64,000 bases of DNA. It comes from Patescibacteria group bacterium (GTDB lineage Bacteria; Patescibacteriota; Patescibacteriia; UBA10025; JAHIVO01). This document shows positions 1 through 9,914 of this stretch, in pieces; within the stretch, counting starts at the first letter, position 1, and each line of letters opens with the position of its first letter. A program made the position numbers and the translations under genes. The stretch spans positions 170,408-234,407 of the forward strand of contig JBAZWB010000002.1 of NCBI GenBank assembly GCA_041660605.1, read 5' to 3'. The notes beneath the pieces were generated by a model. The model saw only the letters and a program-made list of their open reading frames with translations, ran no database searches and was not told the DNA's origin.

Positions 1-978
1 TATATCCATAATCCAATTTTTATTAAAATGGGCGCGACGGGCAATTTCGTTATACATAAAACTGGCTCCGTAATCGGATAAAAAGAACGCTTCCACCCGT
101 CTGTTACGGACATAGGAGTGATAGCGAGCCTGTGTTATTATCCTACGGAAATTTGGTTTAGGCTTCACTTTATTAAGTGCCCATTGATATTCCTCTTTGA
201 TTTTCTGCGGCGAGCTTAAATGGATGAGCTCATTTAACCCTTTTTTATCGCTCCAAGCTTGCCTAATCCGGGCAATTATATTGGAAAAGGTATAGGCCTT
301 GCTTGTTGCCAGGCCGCGATTGATATAGGCGTATGCATCCAGATGGCGTTCAATGATTTTTTTCGCCTGAGGAGACGGTTTAGATAAATTCTCTCGCTTC
401 TTTTTAAACTCCTTGGCAATTTTCATCAGCTTCCATTTCTCATTAGCCACGTCAGTCATCTGCCGCGGATCGGTAAATATTAAAACAATTTTTCGGAAAT
501 CAGGATGATCGGCCGGCAGATATTTAACTAGCTCAATTTCAATGGTCGTTTCAAAATACTCATCAAGCGGGTACTGCGTGTACCACGAGCATGTCACATA
601 ACGGTACTTGTTTAACTGGGTATCCAGCACTTCACTAATCTCCTGGTTGGATTTTTTCGCCCAATCAATTTTTTTTAGCTGCAACCCGCGCCGGTACAGA
701 TCATTGTATTTAACAAATTCTTTTCGATAGAAATGCTCCAGCCAATTTTTCTTATACTTCACGTAATCAATGATTTCCTTTTCAAAAGCATCATACTCCT
801 TCGCCGGCCAGTACATCATGTGATGAAGATACGTTCGGTTCACCATATGATGTTTAAAACCGATAGCGGCTGAAATTTTGTGGGAAAATCCCGAATTGAT
901 TATAAACCGCAAAAAAATTGGCAGCTTCCCGGAGGGCTTGATCCGCCAATCGCCGTATCGTTGCACTGCTGAGGACAT
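1..978 (-). CDS. Array paralogue, N-terminal part only; runs off the left window edge
   Basis: Not in the ORF track. Manual translation from ATG at 978 (MSSAVQRYGDW...) is open to position 1 and has the family motifs IFTDPRQMTDVANEKWKLMKIA, RHLDAYAYIN, SYVRNRRVE and FMYNEIARRA. The swivel domain would lie outside the window. Confidence 0.8.
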   Translation of the reverse strand, partial: MSSAVQRYGDWRIKPSGKLPIFLRFIINSGFSHKISAAIGFKHHMVNRTYLHHMMYWPAKEYDAFEKEIIDYVKYKKNWLEHFYRKEFVKYNDLYRRGLQLKKIDWAKKSNQEISEVLDTQLNKYRYVTCSWYTQYPLDEYFETTIEIELVKYLPADHPDFRKIVLIFTDPRQMTDVANEKWKLMKIAKEFKKKRENLSKPSPQAKKIIERHLDAYAYINRGLATSKAYTFSNIIARIRQAWSDKKGLNELIHLSSPQKIKEEYQWALNKVKPKPNFRRIITQARYHSYVRNRRVEAFFLSDYGASFMYNEIARRAHFNKNWIMDI

Positions 979-1000
979 ATTATTTATTATTAATATTAAA

Positions 1001-2566
1001 CTATTTCAATATTACCTTATTATAGCTACTTTTTAATTTCCGGACAATTCCCTGCTCCATATCCATTTCTACGCGATCGCCCGTTTTTAATACCCGGGTG
1101 GCAACTTTACAGCCGATAATGCAAGGTTTTTTTAGTTCACGTGATATAATCGCCGCATGGCAAGTTAAGCCTCCCTCATCAGTTATCACTGCTTTGGCGC
1201 GCCGCAAATAAGGGATAAAATCAGGTCGGGTCATAGTGGTGACTAAGATATTGCCGGAAGAAAACTTTTGCTTATTGACATCCATCACTACCTGCACTAC
1301 GCCGGTCATTTTTTTTACCGGCGCGCTGGCCACCTGTCCGGTTACAATCATGGATTTTATTTTTACTCCCAGCTTGAAAGCTTTGAATATTTGCCGGGCC
1401 TGACGGCCATAATAAATTGTTGGAATGGCCTGATGGCCATGCTTGACGATGGCATAAACAGATAACTTCCTGCGCGCTTTGGCAATTTTTTGATCAAGGC
1501 GCCGGCCGTTCAGCAATAAATTCTTAACCTCCTTATATAAATAGTATTTAACCTCCCAAATGTTTATGGCAAAACGCCTGGCCAGCTCTTCGCAAAAAAG
1601 AGTAATAAAATGACTGGCTATAAGCATATGCTGTTTGCGATCATCAATCAATTCTCCAAAATACCGCACTAAGAATAAATGCAGCCTTAAATCGGGGGAG
1701 AAATGATATTTTGCCGATATTTTATGATGTTCTTGCCTTAGACGTACGGTTTTTGTATTTAAACTGGCAAGTTCATTTTTTAACTTTTGATATGAATTTT
1801 TTCTAATTTCCTCCGTTATCTCCAGGAAATACTGTTCTCTGGTAATAACCCGCGTTTGTGCAAATGAATTCCTGGTCCAAAAATAAAGCTTCTGCAGCCT
1901 GGTGATTTCTTTCAGCCATTTTTCCGAAGAGATATCCGAGAGACTGATTTTTTTTCGCTTTTTAATCTGGCGATGCAGGCCTAAACAAATTTCCAAAAAC
2001 AACCGCCGCTCTTGTTCAATAAAGCTTAGATGTGCTGGCATAGCCATCAGGCTGGTAATCTCCCTGGCTGCGGCTTCAGGTACTGCCGGCAATTCATCCG
2101 CAACCAACGGTTCCAGATAATATGCAGTGAAAACGTCCACGCACTCCCAAGCAGCGCCGAATCGCAAAAAATCAATATAACTCTGCATAAAAGACTCATA
2201 GATCCGCCAGAACTTCTGGTTTGATAATTTATGCTTATTTTTTCCAAAATACTGCCCCAAGGTTACAAACTTTTTTCTTTTTTTTACCTGACGCTTTTTT
2301 AAAGCTAAATACCGATTATTTATTTTTGATTTGTTAAAAATATATTTATACACCTCATACTTCTCCTGCTCCGGCGTTTCTTCGTAGAAAAAATCATCCT
2401 GGAAAGGCAAAACGGCAATTGTCAGATATTTCGGATGGAAATACCTGGACTGCTCAATGAAAGCATGCATTATTTGCGCAACACAATGATAAGCAGCCGG
2501 CGCTTTCTCCTCCCACCAGCTGATATTTTTAATAGTTTTCTGTAACTGAGCAAAATCCATAAGCAA
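1001..2566 (-). CDS. PEP-utilisers phosphohistidine swivel-domain protein with variable N-terminal domain (521 aa)
   Basis: C-terminal TMTRPDF...ITDEGGLTCHAAIISRELKKPCIIG...GDRVEMD; no ATP-grasp or PEP-binding TIM barrel. Confidence 0.9.
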   Translation of the reverse strand: MLMDFAQLQKTIKNISWWEEKAPAAYHCVAQIMHAFIEQSRYFHPKYLTIAVLPFQDDFFYEETPEQEKYEVYKYIFNKSKINNRYLALKKRQVKKRKKFVTLGQYFGKNKHKLSNQKFWRIYESFMQSYIDFLRFGAAWECVDVFTAYYLEPLVADELPAVPEAAAREITSLMAMPAHLSFIEQERRLFLEICLGLHRQIKKRKKISLSDISSEKWLKEITRLQKLYFWTRNSFAQTRVITREQYFLEITEEIRKNSYQKLKNELASLNTKTVRLRQEHHKISAKYHFSPDLRLHLFLVRYFGELIDDRKQHMLIASHFITLFCEELARRFAINIWEVKYYLYKEVKNLLLNGRRLDQKIAKARRKLSVYAIVKHGHQAIPTIYYGRQARQIFKAFKLGVKIKSMIVTGQVASAPVKKMTGVVQVVMDVNKQKFSSGNILVTTMTRPDFIPYLRRAKAVITDEGGLTCHAAIISRELKKPCIIGCKVATRVLKTGDRVEMDMEQGIVRKLKSSYNKVILK

Positions 2567-2604
2567 ACTTATAAAAAATTATGCACCTAAATTTTTGAAT
2601 AATT

Positions 2605-4062
2605 TTATTTGACTATTTTTATCAGCCCATGGTTCGCCCTGACTTCAACAATCATGCCATCTTTCAACACTTTCGTGGCGATTTTTGTGCCGATAACGCA
2701 GGGCAGGCCAAGTTCACGCGCAACAATAGCAGCATGACAGGTGATACCGCCTTCATCTGTCACAATGGCGGAAGCCTTTTTCAGGGCGGGTAAAAACTCC
2801 GGCCGGGTCATTGAAGCGACAATCACGTCGCCCTGGCCTACCTTGCTCAGGGAGGCGATGTTGCGGCAGACCGTAACGCGCCCGACCGCCGTACCGCCAT
2901 TGGCCACCGAACCATGTATGGAGCTGCCGTCGGCGGCTGAGCGCTGTTCCACTGCGCGGATCAAAGGCAGAAGCTTGCGGTATTGTTGGCCACTAACTTT
3001 ATATTCTCCGTCTTTTTCCATTAAAATCAACATGCCCAGCTGCCTTTGCCGCAATAGAGGTGATATTGATTTTAACGCCTTTATTGAACGAACTGACAAT
3101 GATTCGTTTACCCCAAGCTGATAAATTTGTTCAACAGTTAAATCAGACCGGCGGGCTAATTCACGCGCCACTAAAGCTAAGTATGAAACATTTCTAAGGA
3201 TGTTAGCTTTCCTGCTATCCTGCCAAATCGTGGTAAATTCAATCAAATTGATAAATTCTCTAAGCGACCGGCTAATTTTCAGACGGGCGAGCAAACGCAG
3301 TTTTTTCCTGCGAACAGACCCGGGATTAACCAGCTTGATTGATCGAACAGCTTCAAGCCGGCGCATAAAGTCATTGATCGTTAATTTTTTCGGGCCGCTA
3401 TAGCTGTTTTGAATCCAGAAATATTTTTTAAGATGCACGGCAAGGTTTTTCTTGCGTAACGACCTCGGCAAACGGGCGATACGCTGTAAAGCGGTTTCCT
3501 GCTGACCGATAAAAGACGCTTCCGCCGGGGTAGTCAAAAGGTTATAAATCTCATTAAAATCCGGCTGTACGCCGATCGACCGCAGCAGCATAGATTTGAA
3601 TTCCTTTTCTGCGGCGACACTGATTATCTCAACTAAATGACCGACTCCTACCGTATCTATCTGCGCCTGCACAGAATGGCGAAAAAAATCCATTAACTCG
3701 TCCTCACTAAGACGGTGCAGCACTGTCTTGCTGATTTTTACTTGAAACGCCTCAGCTTCTGAGATTTTTTTATCGTATAATCGTTTAACCTTTACCAAGT
3801 AATTTTTATCTCGCTTCAAAAGTATTTTTATCTTCTGCCAAATGGCGGCAATATCTGTATTCAAATAGGCCATCTCCCCGTAGCCATCACGATAATGGAA
3901 GAGGAAGCCGTGATAGCCGAAACCAAGATCATGCCTCATGTTAATACCGCTAATGGCCGAGGGGCCGAGAAATAGTGGCACAGCATTAAATCCCTGAACA
4001 TACCAGTCCAGATTTATGGCCTTTTTTATTTTTTTAAAATCATTCATTATAAAATTTTCCAA
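2605..4062 (-). CDS. PEP-utilisers swivel-domain protein (485 aa)
   Basis: VTDEGGITCHAAIVARELGLPCVIG; N-region motifs YFW, WQDSRK, ELARR. Confidence 0.9.
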   Translation of the reverse strand: MENFIMNDFKKIKKAINLDWYVQGFNAVPLFLGPSAISGINMRHDLGFGYHGFLFHYRDGYGEMAYLNTDIAAIWQKIKILLKRDKNYLVKVKRLYDKKISEAEAFQVKISKTVLHRLSEDELMDFFRHSVQAQIDTVGVGHLVEIISVAAEKEFKSMLLRSIGVQPDFNEIYNLLTTPAEASFIGQQETALQRIARLPRSLRKKNLAVHLKKYFWIQNSYSGPKKLTINDFMRRLEAVRSIKLVNPGSVRRKKLRLLARLKISRSLREFINLIEFTTIWQDSRKANILRNVSYLALVARELARRSDLTVEQIYQLGVNESLSVRSIKALKSISPLLRQRQLGMLILMEKDGEYKVSGQQYRKLLPLIRAVEQRSAADGSSIHGSVANGGTAVGRVTVCRNIASLSKVGQGDVIVASMTRPEFLPALKKASAIVTDEGGITCHAAIVARELGLPCVIGTKIATKVLKDGMIVEVRANHGLIKIVK

Positions 4063-4077
4063 TAAAATTAATTTATG

Positions 4078-5643
4078 TCAACTTCTCTTAATCACCGTAA
4101 CCACGCCGTGGTTGCCATTAACTTCTACAATGTCGCCGTTCCGCAGAACTTCAGTGGCGATCTTCGTGCCGATGACGCACGGGATATTTAACTCACGTGC
4201 GACTATGGCTGCGTGGCAGGTGACGCCTCCTTCGTTAGTAACAATGGCCGCCGCTCTTTTCATGCCCATAATATAATCCGGACGGGTCATCACGGCCACC
4301 AGCACGTCGCCAGGCCTGACATTTTTAGTTTCCGTAGCGCTTTTTACGATTCTGGCCGGTCCGCGCGCCACACCCCGGTTTGCCGACAAACCGCGAAAAT
4401 CATTGACTGCCTGCAAAGATCTTTTCTCAAAAATTTTCTTAAACGTCCCCCGGGCGTTGGAGGTAATTACTTCATACTTATCTGCTCCTAATTGCAGCCA
4501 TAGGCATTTTTTCCATCTGGCACGCGCTTCCTGCGGTGTCACTAGGGGCCTGGCAAAAAGCGAATCAACCTCCGGTGGCGCCAAATACTTCATCTCCTGC
4601 AGAGTAAATCCGAAGCGCCGGCCGATTTCTTTGAGCAGAATACTGCCGTAATGCGTGGACCAATAGGTCATTTTCTTACGATTGTCCTGCCACCAGGTGA
4701 AATCCTCGGAGATTTCCAGAAGCACACGGATTTTTTTTGGCGGATTAAGTTTCTTCAGTAATATTTTTTTCTCCTGAAGGCTGCGCTGAGGCGTAGCCAC
4801 AATCTGCCTGATCTGCTGGCCAATATTAATGCTGGATTTGAACACGGCCTTCAGCTCACCAACCCACTTATTTACATCCAGATAATTATTGTGGACATAG
4901 TTATTCTTACTCCAGAAATAGTCCTGCTCCTGCTTCTCTAGCAATTTTATAATAGCTGGATAGTAACGAACGATTTTTTGTAGATTTTTTATTGGGCGCT
5001 TCCGAAAGGCTCGACTCAAGACTGGGATTCCTTTGACTCTATTCGCTATACGCAATAAGCTGACCTCCGCTTCATTGATAAACGAATGGTGCACAGGAGC
5101 AGTAAGAACGGAAAAAAATCTGGATAACTGCTTCTCCAATCCCTTTGCTTTTAATACCATCATCAATTCTTTTTGGATCAGATAGTCAGTGCCCAGGGCA
5201 AAACCATCGATGATTGAACTGGATGTGACGAATTTCAAATCACGCCGGATATACTCATCGTACAATTTTACTAAATTTTCATTATCTAATTGTCTCAAAT
5301 GCTCCCAATCAGTGTCCAGACAAAACCGGTAAAACGCCGCTTCATCAGCAGACCAACGCTTCATTAATCCCTTGGTGAAATGCTTTTTATGCATGGCCAA
5401 ATCAGTCAACCGTTTCGCAATGCGATCAATGTCCTCCTGATCAATATACCAGTCCGATTTATCCTGTTCAAACAAGCCGAAGTGGCTGGTGGCATGGCAA
5501 CCAAACTTGCGCGCTTCTGACGCCAACTCGGCCATGGAAATGAGAAAAATAAAATGCGGGCTGCCATCAAACCGCTGATGGTACCACTTTTTACCCTGGA
5601 TTAGAGATAAATTCCTTTTTATCAACCCCTTAACTGGCTTCAT
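4078..5643 (-). CDS. PEP-utilisers swivel-domain protein (521 aa)
   Basis: VTNEGGVTCHAAIVARELNIPCVIG; YFW, WWQDNRK, EIGRR. Confidence 0.9.
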   Translation of the reverse strand: MKPVKGLIKRNLSLIQGKKWYHQRFDGSPHFIFLISMAELASEARKFGCHATSHFGLFEQDKSDWYIDQEDIDRIAKRLTDLAMHKKHFTKGLMKRWSADEAAFYRFCLDTDWEHLRQLDNENLVKLYDEYIRRDLKFVTSSSIIDGFALGTDYLIQKELMMVLKAKGLEKQLSRFFSVLTAPVHHSFINEAEVSLLRIANRVKGIPVLSRAFRKRPIKNLQKIVRYYPAIIKLLEKQEQDYFWSKNNYVHNNYLDVNKWVGELKAVFKSSINIGQQIRQIVATPQRSLQEKKILLKKLNPPKKIRVLLEISEDFTWWQDNRKKMTYWSTHYGSILLKEIGRRFGFTLQEMKYLAPPEVDSLFARPLVTPQEARARWKKCLWLQLGADKYEVITSNARGTFKKIFEKRSLQAVNDFRGLSANRGVARGPARIVKSATETKNVRPGDVLVAVMTRPDYIMGMKRAAAIVTNEGGVTCHAAIVARELNIPCVIGTKIATEVLRNGDIVEVNGNHGVVTVIKRS

Positions 5644-5663
5644 AATATATTATTATATGAAAA

Positions 5664-6251
5664 CTACGAATATTTTTTTATTAATAATCTGGCTGCTTCT
5701 CCAATATCCTCAACGCGGTAAAAAATAAATTTTCCTTGAGTAGTTATTCCCCACTCCAGTATAACATTTTTCAAGGTTATTTTCCTCTCAGCCTGCAATA
5801 CTTTTTTACGTTCAGCCGATGTTAAAACATTCCGATCTCCAACTACCGCAGTCAGCTTACCTCGTTTATAAAAATAACTGGCTTCCACTTGCCCATGCCG
5901 CATCAAGTCAACAATCGCACCGCGCCGTGCTTCTATGACAGTACGGTTTTTTTCCAGCAGGACGGTTCCGGCTTTTTTCCACTTCCATGACGGGTAAATA
6001 ACGAATAAAGCTTTGTTCTTGTGTTTTTTCTGCAGTTTATCAACCACAGAAGGCACATCTTTTTTAGCCACCCAGTTGGCATAATGATTCATCCATGGGC
6101 CATTAAACACTTTCACGGTCCTGATGGTCCAGCCGACATAATCTTTAATCCTGGCTAAATTTTTTATCTCCCGGGAACTGCTGACAAACTGCCAGGTCGG
6201 ATGGGGAAATTCGTATTTATCAATTATTTTTAAACCTTGGTAAATGGTCAT
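5664..6251 (-). CDS. Putative stand-alone, divergent ATP-grasp (PEP synthase/PPDK N-terminal-like) protein (195 aa)
   Basis: Motif order resembles the PEP-synthase nucleotide-binding domain: FPHPTW (~GxPVP), WTIRT (~AVRS), AGTVLL (~SGVxFT), VIEARRG (~IEAxxGLG), ILEWGITTQGKFIFYRV (~DIEWA...GxLxILQxR). Judged by eye only. Confidence 0.55.
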   Translation of the reverse strand: MTIYQGLKIIDKYEFPHPTWQFVSSSREIKNLARIKDYVGWTIRTVKVFNGPWMNHYANWVAKKDVPSVVDKLQKKHKNKALFVIYPSWKWKKAGTVLLEKNRTVIEARRGAIVDLMRHGQVEASYFYKRGKLTAVVGDRNVLTSAERKKVLQAERKITLKNVILEWGITTQGKFIFYRVEDIGEAARLLIKKYS

Positions 6252-6269
6252 AGCTCGGGGCCTTTCGGA

Positions 6270-6833
6270 TTATAAAACTTTAGTTTTATCAAACTTACCA
6301 TGTACGCCGGTATAATCAATAATGGGATAATAATACTCGGTATTATTTAAAAATTCCTTCCCGAGCTTATTTTTATAGTAATTATAACTGGAAAACATAT
6401 AATTGCCATTAGCAGCTGCATAGCCGTGTTTGACTGGATTATGGTGGATGTAATTAAATCTTTTAAAAAAATCTTTTTCCTCATGAATACAGCGGTCCCA
6501 ATAGTTCCACCAAATCTTATGACCCGGAGTATTATCAAGCTTATTTATATCATATGAACTCCCGCCATTAATAAATTTAATAATTTTACTCAATTCAGTG
6601 CCTTTACCCAAGGCGAATAGAATATGGTAATGGTTAGGCAATGCTACCCAGGCATGGAGTGTAATTTTAAACTTTCTTCTGGCCTGTTCTAATCGATTAA
6701 CTAATAGTATAAGCTTTTCTTTTGAATTAAAATATTTCTTCTTATCAAACGTACGCGCGGCAACAAAATAAGTTTGGTTATCCAGATATAAATGGAAAGG
6801 AATGTGCTTTTTAAATTTATTTTCTTTTATCAT
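6270..6833 (-). mobile_element. REP-associated tyrosine transposase (RAYT, IS200/Y1 HUH family)
   Basis: YFVAART, AWVALPNHYHIL (HUH), WWNYWDRCI, YIHHNPVKHG and FSSY motifs; 187 aa. Confidence 0.88.
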
Positions 6834-6915
6834 AAATCTATCTTCGGCTTCACTCAGATTAAAAAAGATTTATAAACCGAAACCCGACTTCGGACTATCA
6901 AGCTTTAGCTTGATA
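6832..6915. repeat. Cluster of REP-like hairpins upstream of RAYT
   Basis: ATAAATCT..AGATTTAT encloses atcttcggcttcactcagat (CTGAG-N6-CGAAG on minus). Followed by ccgaa-acccgac-ttcgg and the perfect stem tatcaagct-tt-agcttgata. Confidence 0.6.
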
Positions 6916-6924
6916 AAAAACTCC

Positions 6925-8376
6925 TCACAGCTTCCTAATGACCCCTTTATTAGCGTCAATTTCCACTCTATCCCCATTTTTAAAAACTTTTGTGGCCACC
7001 TTTGTGCCTACAATACAGGGTATGCCCAGCTCTCGGGAAACAATGGCCGCGTGGCAGGTCAGGCCGCCAGTATCAGTTATTATTGCCTTCGCACGTCTAA
7101 TGGCGACGATATATTCCGGAGCTGTCATGCTGGATATCAGGATTTTTCCACTGGGAAATTTTTTGATATCATTTGGATTATTAACTATATAAACCTGGCC
7201 GCGTATATTTAATTTTCCGGAGCTGACCACTAATCCAGAAATAACTTTCTCTTTCAGCGTGGTCTCAGGCGCCTCCCAGAATTTTTTTATAAAATCGGCT
7301 GCCGCCTGCGGTCGTAGGACGCTAAGTTTATTCTTGGCAAACCTGGCAACTTTAAGGTGCCATTTGCTTCTAAGAAATAACCGCTGCTTATCGACTGCTT
7401 TTAAAGGCAACCGTATTTCGTCAAGATAAGCGTAATGGAATGAACTGAATGGCATATGATTGCGCCGGGCAATCTCCCTTACTAGCGTCTCAAAATAATG
7501 TAAATACTGAAAAATTAATTTTTTACGCTGGTCCTGCCACCAGATGCAAAAACTTAATTTATCGGCCGTCTGTATTAACTTTTTATCTAGCTGATAAAGT
7601 TTGATAATCTTCTTTTTTCTTTTCTTAATCTCCATCAAACCCGCTTTTATCTTACTAATTTCGTTTAAACCATTGCTAACTAGCCTCTTCTTTTCTCTTA
7701 ATCGCTTGAGAAAATATTCTACTGGTAGTACCCTCGTGCTAAAATAACTGTTTTCCAGCCAAAAATATCGTTGCTGATGATTGTTAAGCAGATTTTTAAA
7801 ATTATTCTTTCTATAACTAGCAATAAGCTTCAATAAATCAATTTCTTCTTCCTGATAAAAAGACAGGCGTTCAGGCGCGGCAATTACTGAAGATATTTCA
7901 TTTAGCTCATTCTTTGACAAATGCTCCTTTATCAACATCCGATTCAAGATACTTTCTCCGCCGTACGCCGCTAATTCCGGGACAACTCCCGCTTCCCAAA
8001 ACTTGAAAAGCAGGTTGTTGTATTTTTTCCACAAATCAACCAATGCTCTATCGCTCATTGCTGAGAAATTATCAAGAGAAATTTTTTTATGGAAGGCTGA
8101 TAAATCAACTACTGCTTTATTCCAGGCAAACCAAATTGATTTCCCGCGGACAGTTCCGACCAGTTTTTCGAAAATACTGGCTCCGACTGCTTCGAGTTTT
8201 TGGCGTTCACATATAAATAGTCCCCTGGTCCCGTTGAAAATTACATAAGATTCCGGCCATAAATAATGATGCAGCCTGCCTGGATAATCATTGTAAATTA
8301 CCAGCCAGTGGGTGATATACATCAAGCGAAGCGGAATGGGACCCCAGCGAAATATATTTTTTTTAATATCAAGCAT
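6925..8376 (-). CDS. PEP-utilisers swivel-domain protein (483 aa)
   Basis: ITDTGGLTCHAAIVSRELGIPCIVG; YFWLENSY, WWQDQRK, EIARR. Confidence 0.9.
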   Translation of the reverse strand: MLDIKKNIFRWGPIPLRLMYITHWLVIYNDYPGRLHHYLWPESYVIFNGTRGLFICERQKLEAVGASIFEKLVGTVRGKSIWFAWNKAVVDLSAFHKKISLDNFSAMSDRALVDLWKKYNNLLFKFWEAGVVPELAAYGGESILNRMLIKEHLSKNELNEISSVIAAPERLSFYQEEEIDLLKLIASYRKNNFKNLLNNHQQRYFWLENSYFSTRVLPVEYFLKRLREKKRLVSNGLNEISKIKAGLMEIKKRKKKIIKLYQLDKKLIQTADKLSFCIWWQDQRKKLIFQYLHYFETLVREIARRNHMPFSSFHYAYLDEIRLPLKAVDKQRLFLRSKWHLKVARFAKNKLSVLRPQAAADFIKKFWEAPETTLKEKVISGLVVSSGKLNIRGQVYIVNNPNDIKKFPSGKILISSMTAPEYIVAIRRAKAIITDTGGLTCHAAIVSRELGIPCIVGTKVATKVFKNGDRVEIDANKGVIRKL

Positions 8377-9697
8377 TTTTATTTATTTTTATAATAATCC
8401 CCTTATTAGCATCTACTTCCACTTTATCTCCATTTTTCAAAACCAGCGTGGCAATTTTCGTACCAATAATACAGGGTTTTTTCAGCTCCCGTGCAATAAT
8501 AGCGGCGTGGCAGGTGAGCCCACCTTCATCGGTCACAATCGCAGCTGCCTTGCGAATCGCGGGTAAATAATTTGGAGTGGTCATGTGTGCAACCAATATA
8601 CCACGTAATTTGAAACGCCGTATATCAGCAGAATTTCTGACTATTTGAACTCGTCCAATAATATTTTTTTCAGGGCCAAAAGCAACTTGGCCTCGTAAAT
8701 CAATAGAGGATAAGGAAATTTTTGGTGACTCCCGCAGCATTTTCGCACCGTGACCGGAAAAAGAAAAGGCTTTCCCATTCTTTATCATAAACCCATACAA
8801 CTGCAGACGTTTTTGGATTTTTCGCAACGGAACAGCATCTCCGCGAAGGCAACCGGCAATTTCTTCAGCCGACATCGCGGTGACCTTTTCCCAACCCAGA
8901 CGACAGCGCCTGGCGCTCTCTTTCAGCAATCGCCGATAGTTATACTCTGCCTTCATAAATTCCTCTGCCTCTAGATTCCGATCGTGTGATAAAATTTTCA
9001 TTTCCGTAACGAGTGGCCCACGTAAAGAGATTGAATGCTTTTTCGAAATACTTGATGATCGAATATTTTTTGAATCCCTAATAATTTGCCGCTCCGTGAG
9101 CTCGTCACCGATGAAAAAAAAGCTTCCAAGCCAATAATATTTTTCCAGAATTTTTCTTACTTGGGTTTTTAAAATGCGCTTATTACTGATGGATGCCAGC
9201 TGTGCAACTTCATGATTATAGCTAGTTAATGAAGTTTGGTCATTAAAAAACATTTGAGAATATCTTTTACCGTATTTTTTCAGCAATTGCCGGTTTAGAT
9301 AGTCCGTATAGAGTGTACCCAGGCCTAGAAAACTGTTTACCCGCGCATACAAATCATCAGCCGCGAGCAACCTGACGGCTAGTTGTCCATTGGTAAGATT
9401 ATGGCGCTGCTGGCTAATTTTTATTAATCCTGAAATACTTTTTCGATATTCCTTGCGCCTCATCCTGATATATCCGTTTACTCCGCCCAAAGCTTGGTGA
9501 ATACTCCTATACAATTGCGCGAGTTCACGCTGATAGGTGATAAAACTAAAATGAGCATGATCAATATATTTATAATTCCACAAAAGATGAGGGAGACCAG
9601 AAAACACGCGCATATAGTGGTTGATACACTTAAATACCCCATTATGCCTCGCTAAGTAGGTACTTGCTTTTGAGCCAAATTTAATCCAGGTGCCCAT
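8369..9697 (-). CDS. PEP-utilisers swivel-domain protein (442 aa)
   Basis: VTDEGGLTCHAAIIARELKKPCIIG; YYWL, ESARR; overlaps the next gene by 8 nt. Confidence 0.9.
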   Translation of the reverse strand: MGTWIKFGSKASTYLARHNGVFKCINHYMRVFSGLPHLLWNYKYIDHAHFSFITYQRELAQLYRSIHQALGGVNGYIRMRRKEYRKSISGLIKISQQRHNLTNGQLAVRLLAADDLYARVNSFLGLGTLYTDYLNRQLLKKYGKRYSQMFFNDQTSLTSYNHEVAQLASISNKRILKTQVRKILEKYYWLGSFFFIGDELTERQIIRDSKNIRSSSISKKHSISLRGPLVTEMKILSHDRNLEAEEFMKAEYNYRRLLKESARRCRLGWEKVTAMSAEEIAGCLRGDAVPLRKIQKRLQLYGFMIKNGKAFSFSGHGAKMLRESPKISLSSIDLRGQVAFGPEKNIIGRVQIVRNSADIRRFKLRGILVAHMTTPNYLPAIRKAAAIVTDEGGLTCHAAIIARELKKPCIIGTKIATLVLKNGDKVEVDANKGIIIKINKNA

Positions 9698-9737
9698 ATT
9701 ACAAAATCTTATTTATTAACCCATGCCTGCTTTATTT

Positions 9738-9794
9738 TCATATTTTTTTCACTACTCCTTTGGTGGCATCCACCTCTACTCTATCCCCATTTTT
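9738..9794 (-). pseudogene. 3' remnant of a deleted array paralogue
   Basis: Manual minus-strand translation gives KNGDRVEVDATKGVVKKI*, matching the C-termini of the neighbours (e.g. KDGDRVEVDAKLGVVKKIS). Confidence 0.85.
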
Positions 9795-9797
9795 TGC

Positions 9798-9905
9798 CGA
9801 TTTTGTCCCTGAAGACAAGCGAAGTGCTGACTGAAGGGGTACAAAATCGAGTATCCCGCTGACCCCTGAAGCTGAGCCTGCCGAAGCTGAAGGGGATAGC
9901 GGGAA
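9798..9905. repeat. Two adjacent REP-like hairpins
   Basis: cgattttgt..acaaaatcg and tcccgct..agcggga stems. Both enclose ccctgaag...cgaag...ctgaagggg; the second contains CTGAG-cctgc-CGAAG. Confidence 0.7.
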
Positions 9906-9914
9906 AAAACTGCC

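Noticed and set aside
6802-7212. 136-aa plus-strand ORF
   Set aside because: It overlaps two minus-strand genes and the hairpin spacer, and has no protein motif.
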